Assembly: GCF_009914755.1 (NCBI RefSeq)
Contig: NC_060927.1
Reading direction: 5' to 3' (one strand)
Length of the DNA stretch: 64,000 nt
DNA from: the human T2T-CHM13v2.0 reference genome, Homo sapiens
Part shown: piece after piece, positions 43,080 to 64,000 of the stretch
How the letters are laid out: each line of letters starts with the position of its first letter
Position numbering within the stretch: position 1 is the stretch's first letter
The notes under the pieces: model-generated
Databases searched by the model: none
Told to the model about the DNA's origin: nothing
Seen by the model: only the letters and a program-made list of their open reading frames with translations
Made by a program: the position numbers and the translations under genes

Positions 43080-43205
43080 CAATGTTTCTCAAACTTTGAT
43101 GTGCAAACAACTTCTGATTCAGTAGGTCTAGGGTACAGCCTAAGATGCTGCACTTCTAACAAGCTCTCAGGTGATGCCAATGCTGCTGGCCACACTTTGA
43201 GAAAG
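43080..43205. mobile_element. MER5-like hAT element
   Basis: tttctcaaacttt...ttctgattcagtaggtct...cacactttgaga. Confidence 0.7.
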
Positions 43206-44200
43206 AAAGTTCAACAGAATTCCTCAAGGGGTTCTCTGAGGGATGGAGGCCCAGTTACCCACAGTGACAGCCTGTTCATTGATGCCTCTTTTGTGACTTT
43301 TCCTCCCTTCCTTCTTTCACTTCACCCGCCCTCAGTATTTTTCCTAGGAATGCCTCCCAAGTGAACAATTTGACTCAGTCTGCTTTGGGAGAAAACCCAA
43401 ACTAAGACATCCCCTGCACTCCATGTGTGTGTTTGCATATCTTTCTCCTGCACTGGCCCAAGAGCTTCTTAAGGATCTGGGTTCCATTTTTCCCACACAG
43501 AGACTGCCATAGAGCAGGTGCTTGAAATGAGTTTGGTTCACCTCCAGCGGCTGTGGTGGTCCTGGCTCTAGGCTGTGGTTACCTCTGTCCATGTGACTGA
43601 ACTGCATGAAGATCATGCACAGCAGGGGAGCAGTCTCTCTCATGCCCATCCTGGGATTGGGGGTGAGGATCCCACAACACTGAAATGTGTAGGGAATCAC
43701 AATACCAAGATGAAGGATTAGGAGGCTCCACCAACCTCTACTTTACCTTCACTCCTCTTTTAGAGAGGGTGACATAACCCCAGGTAGTAATGAGTGGTCC
43801 AGGAACCTGCTCCCCAGAGTCTGGTACAAGCCCGTGTATTTCCAGATTCTCATGACCCATGAGGCCCAATGAGACACAGCATCAACTTTGGCTTAGTCGA
43901 GCTGTGCCATTTTAAATGCCATCTCTAGGCTCAGTGAGAGGTAACACAGAGTTCATGAATACCATTGCCTTCTCCTGTCATCATTGGCAAACCAGGGGAG
44001 AGCTTGAAGTGCTCATTTTTTTTATTGATTTCTCTGAACATAGTTCATGTATGCAGTCATGGCCCCTTTTTTCTCTGAGTGGATCCCTCCCCTTCCTCCT
44101 TTGCCAACAAAAAGCCGGAACTTGGGGAACCCAAAGGTTAGAGCAGTAGTTTTCAAAGTTGAGTCTAGACTACACATGGGGTATAGAAGATGGTCAATTA

Positions 44201-44507
<307 letters not shown>

Positions 44508-46986
44508 TTAGGAGCAAGTAAAAGAAAATATTAGACCTTTTATTTGTTTTAATCTGAAAGTAAGATGTATCAATATTTTAAAAAAGTGGATAGCTGATAG
44601 TAAGTACATGTAAATAATTTAAAAATAAATACATATATTTCAGGGGTACATTGTCAAACAGTTTTTACTGATGGGTTGTGTGGCTTAAAAGGTTTGAAGA
44701 CCATCTACCAGTTAGAAAACATAGCAAGCTTCTGATGACTCACATTCCCCCTCCAGCTTGTCCCCATCCCTACCCCTGTAAGGGGCAGTGCTAATTCTTT
44801 AGACCTGATTCAATATGTAAAGGGCAGATAGAAGGACAGAGGTGGGGAGGTAATCCAGAGAGTTCCTAGCCATTGGTGACCCTCATAAGAGGATTAGGTC
44901 CTGGGTTGTGTTGTGCCATTCCTTTTGTGAAAACTTTCTGTCGATCTTGTTTCTTCCTTACTCTCCTCCCCAAGCCAGAGACAGAATGTCTACTTACTAT
45001 CCAGCTATTTTAACTCAAGTTCTAAAGGACAACAGCTTATTACTGCCTAGCAATAAACCAATGGACTGCCTTGAGGTTTGGGCTTTTCAGTCAAGTGTCT
45101 TTATGGTTCTTTGAAATGTGCCAAAGTTAAATCTTTCTGCTAACACAGGTAAGAGCCATGTGACATTGTGAGGCAAATGAATGAGGTAACATACTCCTCC
45201 TCTATCTAGCTCTGCCTATCTCCATGTTTATAGTGTTCAAAGCCAGGCAGGCAGGCAGGGGCAGCAATTTACAAGCCCGGCAACCCAAGCATCTCTGTAA
45301 AGTCTACTTGTGCAGGAAAAGTGCCATGAATGTCTGTACATCTGTTAATGATTAAGACCTTCCATGAGTCCAGAGAGTCTGCACCCTGCCACAATTAGGG
45401 CAATTTGGCATGCCTTTGGTGCTTCCCAGATGGCTCCTTCAAGTGTGCCGAGTTCTCAGCCTTGTACTGTTCAGGGACGTTTGGGGAAGACAGAACTGAA
45501 AGGCTAAAAGCCTCAAGGTTGTGAAAGCCACCTTTTCTATATGCTATCTCACATGACAAGGAACACTGCTTGCCTAGAGCCATGACATGCCATAACCATG
45601 AAGCATTAGGTGGTGAGGTGACAGGATGATAAAGCATGTAATTGCTGTCCTCATTCACTGAGCACTGTGGTAATTACTTAATCGAAGATAAGAGGGCTAC
45701 TTGTAGGCAGTGGTGGTAGTAAATGTTTTCTACTATATTTCTATCTTCAACATGCCCTTTCCTGTTTCCTAGTAATGACAGCAATTTGCAATTTCAGAGC
45801 CTGTCCTTTCTGATTTATTTTTCTCTACTATTTCATTCATTTCAGGACAAATCCACGGGGAAGTTGGGAAGACTTTTAAAGACAGTCTTTAAAATGGGAA
45901 GGCAGGGCAAGCATGCTTTGCCTGATAAACACAGGCTACGTGTAAAGAATGCTCCACTGTGGACAGACTCTATGCATGAGCATTTTTACCCTATTTGTAA
46001 TTTGGTCTTTGTAGAGCCACCCTGGTGATGAATGGGATGTTCTTTTAGGTCTGCTGGGCTGAGATTCCTCTTTGTCTTTAAATGACTTTGTTATTCTCTT
46101 TCCTGTGTCCAAGCTCATCACTCTGAGCTGTTGAAATGCTGACTGTCTGGATACAACAGCTTCTGCTAATGTCACTCAGCCAGACATCAGCTTGGTGCCC
46201 ATCAATTGTTGGACTGTCTGCTGACAAAGGAGTAAGCCACCCCTTTTGACTTGAAACAGTCAGGATTTTGCTTCCCTCGGCCTCCACTCTTCCAATGGAC
46301 TTCTTGGCTAACTCTAAAAAGGCAACTCTAAATGCAGTTGGAAAGCCTGTTCCAGGCATTGTCAGAGCTGCACTGTAACCCTACAGAAATTTTGGATCAG
46401 AGTTCCTGGCAGAGTTCCTGGCAGGGCCCAATTTGCCCTCTAAGGGTCACAAACCTTTCAAGCTAGGACCTTTTTCAATTCTGTGTCTTCCCACATTACT
46501 TTCAGGTCTCTTGGAATACCTTCCTGTGATACTGAAAATCCTACCGAATTCTTCAAGAATGCCCAGCTCAAATGTTACCTCTATGATGGTCCCTGACTCC
46601 TTCCTAGCCCAGGATAATCCTGGCATAACCCAGATAATCGAGATGGGTAGGTTTCATGGCACTCAAAATCTAGGTTCAAATCTACACTGGTTCAAACCCC
46701 TAATTCTATTTTCTGTGAAGCCCGAAATCCTTCCAAAAAGCCTAGGAATTCATACTTAGAGATCAATGGTTTCTGGTCTTTGCTTCCTTATTGCAGCCTC
46801 TGTCTTGTACCATATCAATCCAGACAGAAAACTCAAACCCTTCACCATTTCACTTAATACAACAACAACAAAGAAAACAATCAGCTTTCCCCTAGTAGCA
46901 GACCTCAATGAAGGGCAGCTGGTGAATGAAGGGCACCAACGAATGGTGGAGTTGGAAGAAGCAGAGGAGAGGAGGTACACATAGCA

Positions 46987-48130
46987 TGTCTCAGTCTCTT
47001 CCTGCTACTATGACAGAATATCTTAGACTGGGTAATTTATAATTAATAGAAATGTATTTCTCATAGTTCTGGAGGCTGGGAAGTCCAAGATCAAGGCATC
47101 AGCAGAGTCAGTATCCGGTAAGGGCCCACTCTCTGCTTCCAAGATGGTACTTTCTCCCTGTGTCCTCACATGGCAGAAGGGCATGAAGGGACAAACAGAC
47201 TCCCTCAAACCCTTTTATAAGGGCACTAATCCCATTCAGGAGGCAGAGCCCTCATAACCCAACCACCTTCTAAAGGCCCTATTAATATTATTGCATTGGC
47301 AATTAAGTTTCCATATGACATTTGGAGGGAGACAAACATTTAGACCATAGCATTCCACTCCTAGCCCCCTGAATTTATGTCATTCTCACATACAAAATAC
47401 ATTCCAATTCAACAGCCCCAGAAGTCTTAACTTTTTCCAGCACCAACTCAAAAGTCTCATCTAAATCAGATATGAGTGAGATACAATCCATCCTCAGGCA
47501 AATCGCTCTCCAGCTGGGAACTTGTAAAATCAAACAAGTTTTGGATTTCTAAAATACAATGGTGGACAGGCATAAGATAGACATTCCCATTCCAAAAGAG
47601 GAAAACAGGAAGGAAGAAAAGAGTAACTGGTCCCAAGCAAATCCAAATCCCAACAGGGAAAATAACATTAAATCTTAAGGCTCCAGAATAATCTTCTTGA
47701 ACTCCATGTCCCAAGTCCCACAGCTCTCACACATTAGTCTTATGCCCACAACTCTCCCAGACTGGAGTTGCACACGGGTGACTCTATTGTTCTGGGGTTT
47801 CAGGGGTGGCCCTGCTTCCCTGGCACCACAAAGCATTGCCCTATGGAGCAATCTGTCATAGCCACACCCCTGTGGCAGTTCTCTGCCTGAGACCCTTGGC
47901 TCTTCAGGGCATCCTTTGAAATCCAGGTGTAGGCAGCCATGTGCCCACAACTCATACCATCCGTGTACCTACACAGTTAGCACCACCTGGACGTCTGTGC
48001 TTCCCAGAGAGGTGGCCTGAGCCACACCCAGGCCCACTGTAGCCATACCTCAGGGGACCAAGGAGTGTTGCAGCTGAATGTGGGGAGAAGAGGCCTGAGG
48101 CAGCACTGGGCAGCAAACCCCAAAGTCCCA
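46987..48130 (-). mobile_element. MST (MaLR) LTR 46987-47352 plus adjoining internal sequence
   Basis: TGTCTCAGTC...AGACCATAGCA followed by MST-int-like sequence. Confidence 0.8.
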
Positions 48131-48469
48131 CTCCTCTTCAACATTTCTAATATTTCATACAGTCTTGTTCTCTAACCATCTCCCAACCCAGGCCCAGGGC
48201 AAGAGTGAGACTGAAAGCAGGTGTGGGAATTGCAGGCAGACTCAGAGACCAAGCAGAAAGAGGAAGGATGAGAAAAGAAGAGTGTGAAAAGGCCCCAGGT
48301 TTCCTCCCAGGACTGCAGGATCAGTGGCAGCTCCTCAACTAAAAGCGTAGAATAGATTTGAGGAAGAGTAATTACTTTCTTTTGCTCTGAAGTTTGCTCA
48401 ATAATGTTGCTTGAACTGATTTTGGAATATCCATACTTTTTAATTAGCTACCTTAAAGATACGTAAAAT

Positions 48470-54584
<6,115 letters not shown>

Positions 54585-55142
54585 AAAGATACCTAAAATT
54601 ATCATCCTGAGTAATTAAAAGTGGTAATGGACTGGTTGTGCTATTTCTGCCACTATTTGTGTCTTAGCATCCCAGCTATACAACATAGTGACTGAGTTTA
54701 TGGTTAACGATGTGTAATTTTATAACATCCTAGCCCAAGCATAAAGACAAATCTCATTCCATATGTTTTTTTCTGCTAATGGGTCAGTGATATCCCCATA
54801 GTTAATTATAGCAATTATATAGAAAATAATGTGCTTACTTTGAAAAGTCAGATTTGGTTTTTGTAATTGGGTAGCTTAGATAAACACACAACTGTTTCTA
54901 ACAGGGTGAAGGTCTTCACTCTTTATCACCTATAAGAAAAAGCCACATTAAATCCCTTTCTGCAGTTACCACAAAAAATTCTGTTGAAGAACGTCTGTAA
55001 TATTGCTTGGGGTCCCTTATTTATTTTGGAGTTATACTCCAAAAAGCAATGTCATTGCCCTCCAAACTCATTATTATTACAGATAGCTCCACAAATTCTC
55101 TTGTTTCTATTAAGGAGTGTTACTTTTAAAAGCCTAAAATTC

Positions 55143-55692
55143 ACAATTAGGCAAGAAAAATAAATAAGAGGCATCCAAATAGGAAAAAATGAATTATCAA
55201 GTCAAATTATCTCTCTTCACTGACAATATGATTCTATACCTAGAAAACCCTAAAGACTCCACCAAAATGTTCCTAGACCTGATAAACTACTTCAGCAAAA
55301 TTTCAGGATACAAAATCAATGTACAAAAATCAGTAGCATTTCTATATGTCAATAATGTTCAAGCTGAGAGCCAAATCAAGAACACGATCCCATTTATGAT
55401 AGCCACACCAAAAAACAAAAAACAAAACAACAACAAAAACCTAACCAAGGAGGTAAAGATCTCTACAAGGAGAACTACAAAACACTGCTGAAAGAAATCA
55501 GAGATGACACAAACAAATGGAAAAATATTCCATGCTCATGGATTGGAAGAATCCATATTGTTAAAATGTCCATGCTGACCAAAGCAATCTATAGATTTAA
55601 TGCTATTCCTATCAAACTGCCAAGGTCATCTTTTTCAAATAATTAGAAAAAAACTATGCTAAAATTCATACAGAACCAAAAAGAACCCAAAA
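55143..55692 (+). mobile_element. Older L1 ORF2 (RT region) fragment, L1PB/L1M-like
   Basis: ORF 55189-55491 [20 protein letters not shown]...[10 protein letters not shown]. Confidence 0.85.
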
Positions 55693-55984
55693 TACTCTGT
55701 TTTCTCACCCTGTCTCCATGAAGTACTCATTTCTAAAGTCTGATTGGCTTTATTTACATAATTGTCCTCCTTTGCTTCTCTTACTCAAAGATGTTTTTGA
55801 TGCAGAATAGCTTTCTTTCCCTGTTTTTTAACTCAAGGGGAAGTTCTAATGCATTTCCTTCTTGCTGGTGGCTTATTGCCTCCAGTGTAACACAAACAAA
55901 AATGATCTGAAATTCTCCTTGGTCTCATGAGTATTTGGAACTAGCTTCCTCCTCTAATTTGGCTCTATCCCCCTCATCCTGACA

Positions 55985-56960
55985 TCATGATGTCACTGAG
56001 CACAACTATGAGGTTGTCAGGCCACTGTGTTCAGCTGTCCTCTGCTGGTGACTGCTCCTTCTAAACCCAATCTCTAGGATGCACACTTCCTTCCCTTGGC
56101 TTCCAAGAAACCACCATCTCTGGGCTTTCTTCCTGTCTCAGTGCTCACACTGGCAGTGGTTGGGCAGAGAAGGAGCCAGCAAAGGACTTGGAAATCATGT
56201 GACCAAATGATATGAAAGGACACCAAGAGAGGGTCCTGTCATAGAAGCCAAGAGAAAAGAGTTCACTTTGTCAAACACTGTGGAAAGGGTCCAGTAAAAT
56301 AATGACAGTGAAATGGCACTGGATTGACAATATGGAGATCAAGCCAACTTGGCCAAGAATGAGCTCTGTGTAGCAGTGGAGATAAAAGCCTGTTTGGTGG
56401 GGTAGAGGAAAGGTGGGTCACAAGCACTGTCTAGAGACAGTGACTATAGACAATTCTTTGGAAGAAGAACAGAGAAATGGGTCCTGGAAAGGAAAGGATA
56501 TAAGGTTAAGGGAAGTTGTTGCTTTTGTTTAGTTGCAAGATTCCAGAAAATATCTGCATCCTGATGGAACTAATACTATATAGAGAGGGACATTATAAAG
56601 GTAGGAAGGAGAGGGGATGCTCACAGGAGTAACATCCTTGAGAGGGCAAAAGAGGAAAATAGGAACACTTCGTCCATTGCAACAAATAACAAGGCAGAGA
56701 CTGGGGGTACAAATGCGGGGAGATTTGGTGGCTGGATGATGTTTGTTCCTATCTGATTGTTTCTATTTTCTCAACAAAGTATGGGCAAGGTCATCAGCTG
56801 AGAGAAAACACAGGGGAGAAAGTCAGGTTTTGAAGTGAGAGATGTATGAAATCATCATTGTGGAGAGTAAGAAAAAGGACATCCTAGGAAGTGCAGTAAG
56901 AAGTATGGCACTGACTTCCCATTTGAGATTTGTGGTCCTGAATTTAAAATGAGGCTAGAT
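55985..56960. mobile_element. L2 fragments
   Basis: ccttggcttccaagaaaccacc; aggagccagcaaaggact...gtcatagaagccaagaga. Confidence 0.55.
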
Positions 56961-58080
56961 AATAATGGAAATATTGCGTGTAAAGCACTTAACCCTGATC
57001 TGGTACATACTGCATACTCATTAAATGCAAGCTATTACTGTTCTGCCACATGAATATTTATTGTTTGTTTGCTTAGATGAGATCCAATCCTTTCAAAAAA
57101 AAAGAGCCTAAATCTTGGGTGAGGTTGTTTCACCAGCATTGTAAATCCATTATGTACAGAAATTGTTTCCAATAAAATAAGATTAAACTTAAAAGTCTTG
57201 AAAATGTAGACCCAATGGCTTAAGAAACTGACAAAATATGAAGTACATATCAATTAAATAAAATTCTATGAGGACATAGCACCACAGGTTTACATCTCAA
57301 CATAGCTGTTATCAGAACTTTCCACAGCCTTGTAATATAAGGGCATGGTTGGTTTGGAATTACATACCATGATGGGAAGACTATGATGTGGGTATATTAT
57401 ATATTAAAAAAGATGGCTCAGTTAAAAGAGCAATGGAATCAATAAAGTAGCTCTTACATTAAAGTGAGCTAAGAAAAGAATTCAGATGAACTATTATTAC
57501 ATTCTGAATATCAGCATAGATTTAAAACTTGGAAAGGTCACTGCTCTACCCCCAAAATGTGAAGCAAAAGCTTCTGTGTCATCCCATTTCCAGAAATTGT
57601 ATGAGATAATATAAAACGCAGTCTTAATTTCCACACTGTGATCCTTGGCCCTTCCCTCACTGGGGAAAAACAAAACAGGGGGTGGGGTGTCCTTGGAGAA
57701 GAGAACCAGGTAATCAATTAAAATCAAATGCTTTTGTGCATTTATTGAGATGACCACAGAGCTTGTGTCATTTAATTTGTCAGTGTGTTGGGGGAGGGAT
57801 GGATCAGTCTCTTCGCAATATAATGGTGCTTCATGTCTGTAACTATTACAGAAAAGTCTCAGCAAAATGAGAAAAATCTCAACAAAATAGTTAGCTGGCT
57901 ATTGACTATGATGTCTGCTTTCCTTTCCCACACTGACTGTCAAGGAGTCTCACCTCCACATGAGAGATGCAAGGTCTCCATTCCCCTTCTGAGAATCTCA
58001 AGGCCCCTCCAACCTTATTGACTCAATGGCAACTCTTGAAAATGACCAGTTGTATTAGTGTTTTCAAATCTGTCATTTTA

Positions 58081-58404
58081 AGCTGGGCGCTGTAGCTCAC
58101 ACATGTAACCCCAACACTTTGGGAGGCCAAGGCGGGAGGATCACTTGAAGCCAGGAGTCCGTGACCAGCCTGGGCAACATGTAGAGATCCTATCTCTACA
58201 AAAAAATTAAAAATTAGCCAAGCATGGCAGCACGCTCCTGTAGTCCCCAGCTACTTGGAAGGCTGAGGCAAGAGGATTGCTTGAGCCCAGGATCAGGATC
58301 CTGAGGCTACAGTGAGTTATGATTACACCACTGCACTCCAGCCTGGGTGACAGAGCAAAACCCTGTCTCTAAAAAAAAAAAAAAAAAAAATTAAATTAAA
58401 AAAG
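58081..58404 (+). mobile_element. AluJ
   Basis: Full dimer; flanking AAA(T/C)CTGTCATTTT repeat. Confidence 0.9.
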
Positions 58405-58488
58405 AAACCTGTCATTTTGATGTGCAAGGAAGGGGAACAGTTCTCTCCTTTGTTCCTCCAAAACAGCAGAATCCTTATATTTAAAATC

Positions 58489-58775
58489 TTTTTTTTTTTT
58501 TTTTTTTTTTGAGACGGAGTCTCGCTCTTTCGCCCAGGCTGGACTGCAGTGGCGCTATCTCGGCTCACTGCAAGCTCCGCCTCCTGGGTTCACGCCGTTC
58601 TCCTGCCTCAGCCTCCTGAGTAGCTGGGATTACAGGCACTCGTCACCGCACCCGGCTAATTTTTTGTATTTTTTTTCCGATTCATATAAACGGAATCATA
58701 CAATATGTAGAGACAGGGTTTCACCGTGTTAGCCAAGATGGTCTCGATCTCCTGACCTCGTGATCCGCCCGCCTT
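58489..58775 (-). mobile_element. 5'-truncated AluY carrying a foreign 32-bp insert in its linker
   Basis: AluY diagnostics; linker interrupted at 58677-58706. Confidence 0.9.
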
Positions 58776-58959
58776 CTGAATCTTTACTTACAATTATACT
58801 AATATGGTTACTTATGATCAGTTATCCTAGCATTTCTAGGCTAATAAGATTTTAACACATGGCTGATTTATCAATATAAGGTATCAAATAAAAGTAAAAA
58901 TAAAATTTAATATGTTGATAGTGAATAACTGAAACTGGGTATTAGCTTTTTTGTTTCCT

Positions 58960-60945
<1,986 letters not shown>

Positions 60946-61842
60946 TTTTTTTGTCATATTTGCTTTTAGCACTATTAAATACTTTAGAAAGCTTTCCATC
61001 TTTTTCTGTGCTTTAGAACATTTTATTTGATGTACAGTCCTTAGTGTTTGGTAAATGTGACTGTAAACCTATTTGGGCCAGGTGCCTTTTTTAGGAAAGA
61101 ATATTTTTCTACCTTCTACCTTGTAAATTAATTACAGGAGTTTATAGAAAATCATCCTTTGCATTTAGATTTTTAAATTTATTCCTATAAAGAATTATAA
61201 TTTTTAAAAAGTCATTTGTATCTATAAGTATGTCCCTTTCTTATTATCAAGGTTATATTTACAAGCCTTCTCTTTTTTCCTGATCACAATTGCCAAAAGT
61301 TTGTCTATTTCAACAGTATTTTAAAAGAACAAAATTTGCTTTTTTAACTTATCAACAAATTATATTGATCATTACTCTTTTTTTCATAACTTTAATGTTT
61401 GCTTTTATTATTTTATTTTTTCCACATTCTTTGGGTTTACCTTGTTCTTTTTCTAGTTTTTGAATTGAAAATACAATCCATTTATTTTTCATGTTTTCTC
61501 ATAAGTACATGTAATCCTACAAATTTTCCCCTAATGCTGCTTTGGCTGCATCCCCTAAGTTTTGATACGCACTCCTTTCATTTTAAAACTGAATTCTTAA
61601 TATGGTTTATTATTTCAATTTTGACTTGCCATTTAATCTAATAATTACTTAGAAGTTGATATACTCACATTTCTTTATCATATTTGCTTTTAGCATTATT
61701 TAATAAGCTGAAAAGCTTTCCATCTTTTACGATGCTTTGAAACATTTTCCATAATGAAGAATCCTTGATGTTTGAAAAACTTGACTATAAAACAATTTGG
61801 CCAGGTTCCTTTCTTCAGATGGAATATTTTTTAAAATTTTAA

Positions 61843-62177
<335 letters not shown>

Positions 62178-62996
62178 CTTCTCTGTAGCTACCTTTTTAA
62201 ATTAATAAATAATTTACTAAATTCTGGTGAGAGACTATGTTCTATATAATTTCTATATTTTAAATTTTGTTTCTCTTTATAAAATGATTTTGTCATGGTT
62301 GTTTGAAAACAACTGGTATGTTTTGCATTGGGTACAAAGTTTTATATATGCCTATTGGAACAAACATGGTCATTGTATTATTTTTTAAATCTGTATGTTA
62401 ATTTTTGATTACTGTATCTGTCCATTTCTGAAACAGGCGTTATTATACCCCATGGTAATTACAAATTCCTTTATTTCTCCCCGTTTTGTTTATGTGTAAC
62501 AACTCTGCTGAGTTGCTAGGAACAAAAAAGGTTATAACTCATATTCTTGGGGTAGCATGACTTTGATCTATATGAATTATTCTTCTTTGTTCTATTTAAT
62601 GTGATTTTCCTTGAATTCATTTTTTCTGATAATAATATTGTTACACCCTCCTTTACAATAGTAGTTGCTTGGCACAAATTTTTCAATCCCTCTTTCATTC
62701 TTGCTGTTATTTCACTTTAGCATGTCTTATAAACAGCAGTAAGGTGAAGTTCTGAGACAGTTTTAACCTAAACCAAAGGTTGCCTTTTAATACAAAATAT
62801 GTAACACATGTACATTTTTTGTGGTTACTGGCAATTGTAAACTTTTAACTTCTTTAATTTAATATTTTTAATTTACTATGGTTTATGGTTGCTCTTTTTT
62901 CCTCTTCATGCCTTTTGTGGGTTAGAAAATACATATTTCTATTCTTCTAGAAATTACCAGTAAAGTAAAGTACCAGTAAAGTATTTCACCCTTATA

Positions 62997-63463
62997 TGAA
63001 AGTTGTCAGAATCAAAATGGAGTCACTCATATTAAAAACCTTGACAAATAGAGCCAGGGGAAGCCATGAAGCAGGGGCAGCGGGGGTCTCATATGCAAAT
63101 GCCTGATAATAAGAACTATCATAAAAGACTGCAAAAACCACACCCTTACACAACAGCCATCACAACCGTACACACACACACACAAAAATGCTTTTGAAAG
63201 GGCATCTGCCCAGCAACTGCCTCTCCAACCTCTGACTGGTGCCACCCTTGTAACTAATTTTTGTAGCCAAAGATCTCAAAACAATTTAACTCAAAACGAT
63301 TATGTAATCCTTCTCATTTTTCCATTAAAAACCTTTGTCTTCCTTTACCTCCCTGAATATGCACACACTTTACTATGGTATGTGAATTCCCTTGCAATGT
63401 TCCTTCCCAAATAAATATCATTTTACTTTAGAGAGCCTCTCTCTGGCTGTTATTTCGGTTGGC
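62997..63463 (+). mobile_element. ERV1 solo LTR (MER72-like)
   Basis: TGAAAGTTGTCAGAATCAAAATGGAGTCAC start, internal AATAAA, CA end. Confidence 0.65.
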
Positions 63464-64000
63464 ACTCATTACAAAACAATATGATTTAGATACAACCACA
63501 ATTTTTACTGATTTCTTTATATACCTATATTTCCTTTATCCCATATCTTCATTTTCCTTGAATTTATATTTTATTTTCCTGGAGTTGTCTGTGGAAGTAA
63601 ACTTTCTGAGTTGTTGCATATTTTGAAAATGCCTTTATTTTGCCTTTCTTCTTATATATTAGTTTGCCTGGATATAGAATTTTAGATTCACAATCATCTT
63701 CCTTCAGAATTTTGAAGCTATTACACCATGATCTTCAATAATCCAGTGGTGTCAGTGTTTAGGAATGCGGTTTTCTCCACTGATTGATCTTCACCTGTGT
63801 TCTTCTTCAAGAGGACAGAAATGTCTCATTTACTGATGGCAGTTGTCCAGCACTGAATTTATTCCTTCCAAAAATATATCTTTTCTGACATTATTAGAGA
63901 TAGCTTTATGGTGAAGATGTTTAGCTTGCCCTCTTAGGCCAATCACCATCTCTTCTCTTTAAAGATACTATCAGCGTTCATTGTCATCAAACTTTTAATG

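Overview
Human (primate) genomic DNA holding the 3' part of MYRIP (Slac2-c, a Rab27A/myosin Va/VIIa effector) on the + strand. The last six coding exons (10935-11129, 21524-21685, 27302-27406, 27519-27579, 28961-29079, 35214-35246) splice in frame through GT-AG junctions to ...KDLMEPALESAVMY*, followed by a ~2.2 kb 3' UTR (AATAAA at 37396). The rest is intronic or intergenic and repeat-rich. It contains a 1.6 kb NUMT (3' 12S rRNA, tRNA-Val, most of 16S rRNA, with a stop-broken humanin-like frame) 147 bp after an exon, a 5'-inverted L1PA2-like element, a near-full-length dead L1PA4-like element, about 14 Alu/FLAM copies, MER4/MST/MLT LTRs and DNA-transposon remnants including a MER85 piggyBac MITE. 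Nearly all other ORFs in the track are repeat-derived or spurious. I see no convincing new multi-gene system. The best leads are a 32-bp locally templated insertion inside an AluY, the unusual L1 inversion, a NUMT-supplied splice donor defining a candidate poison exon, and an alternative last-exon acceptor that would give MYRIP a -SQL C-terminus. Gene and repeat subfamily names come from recalled sequences, not from database searches.
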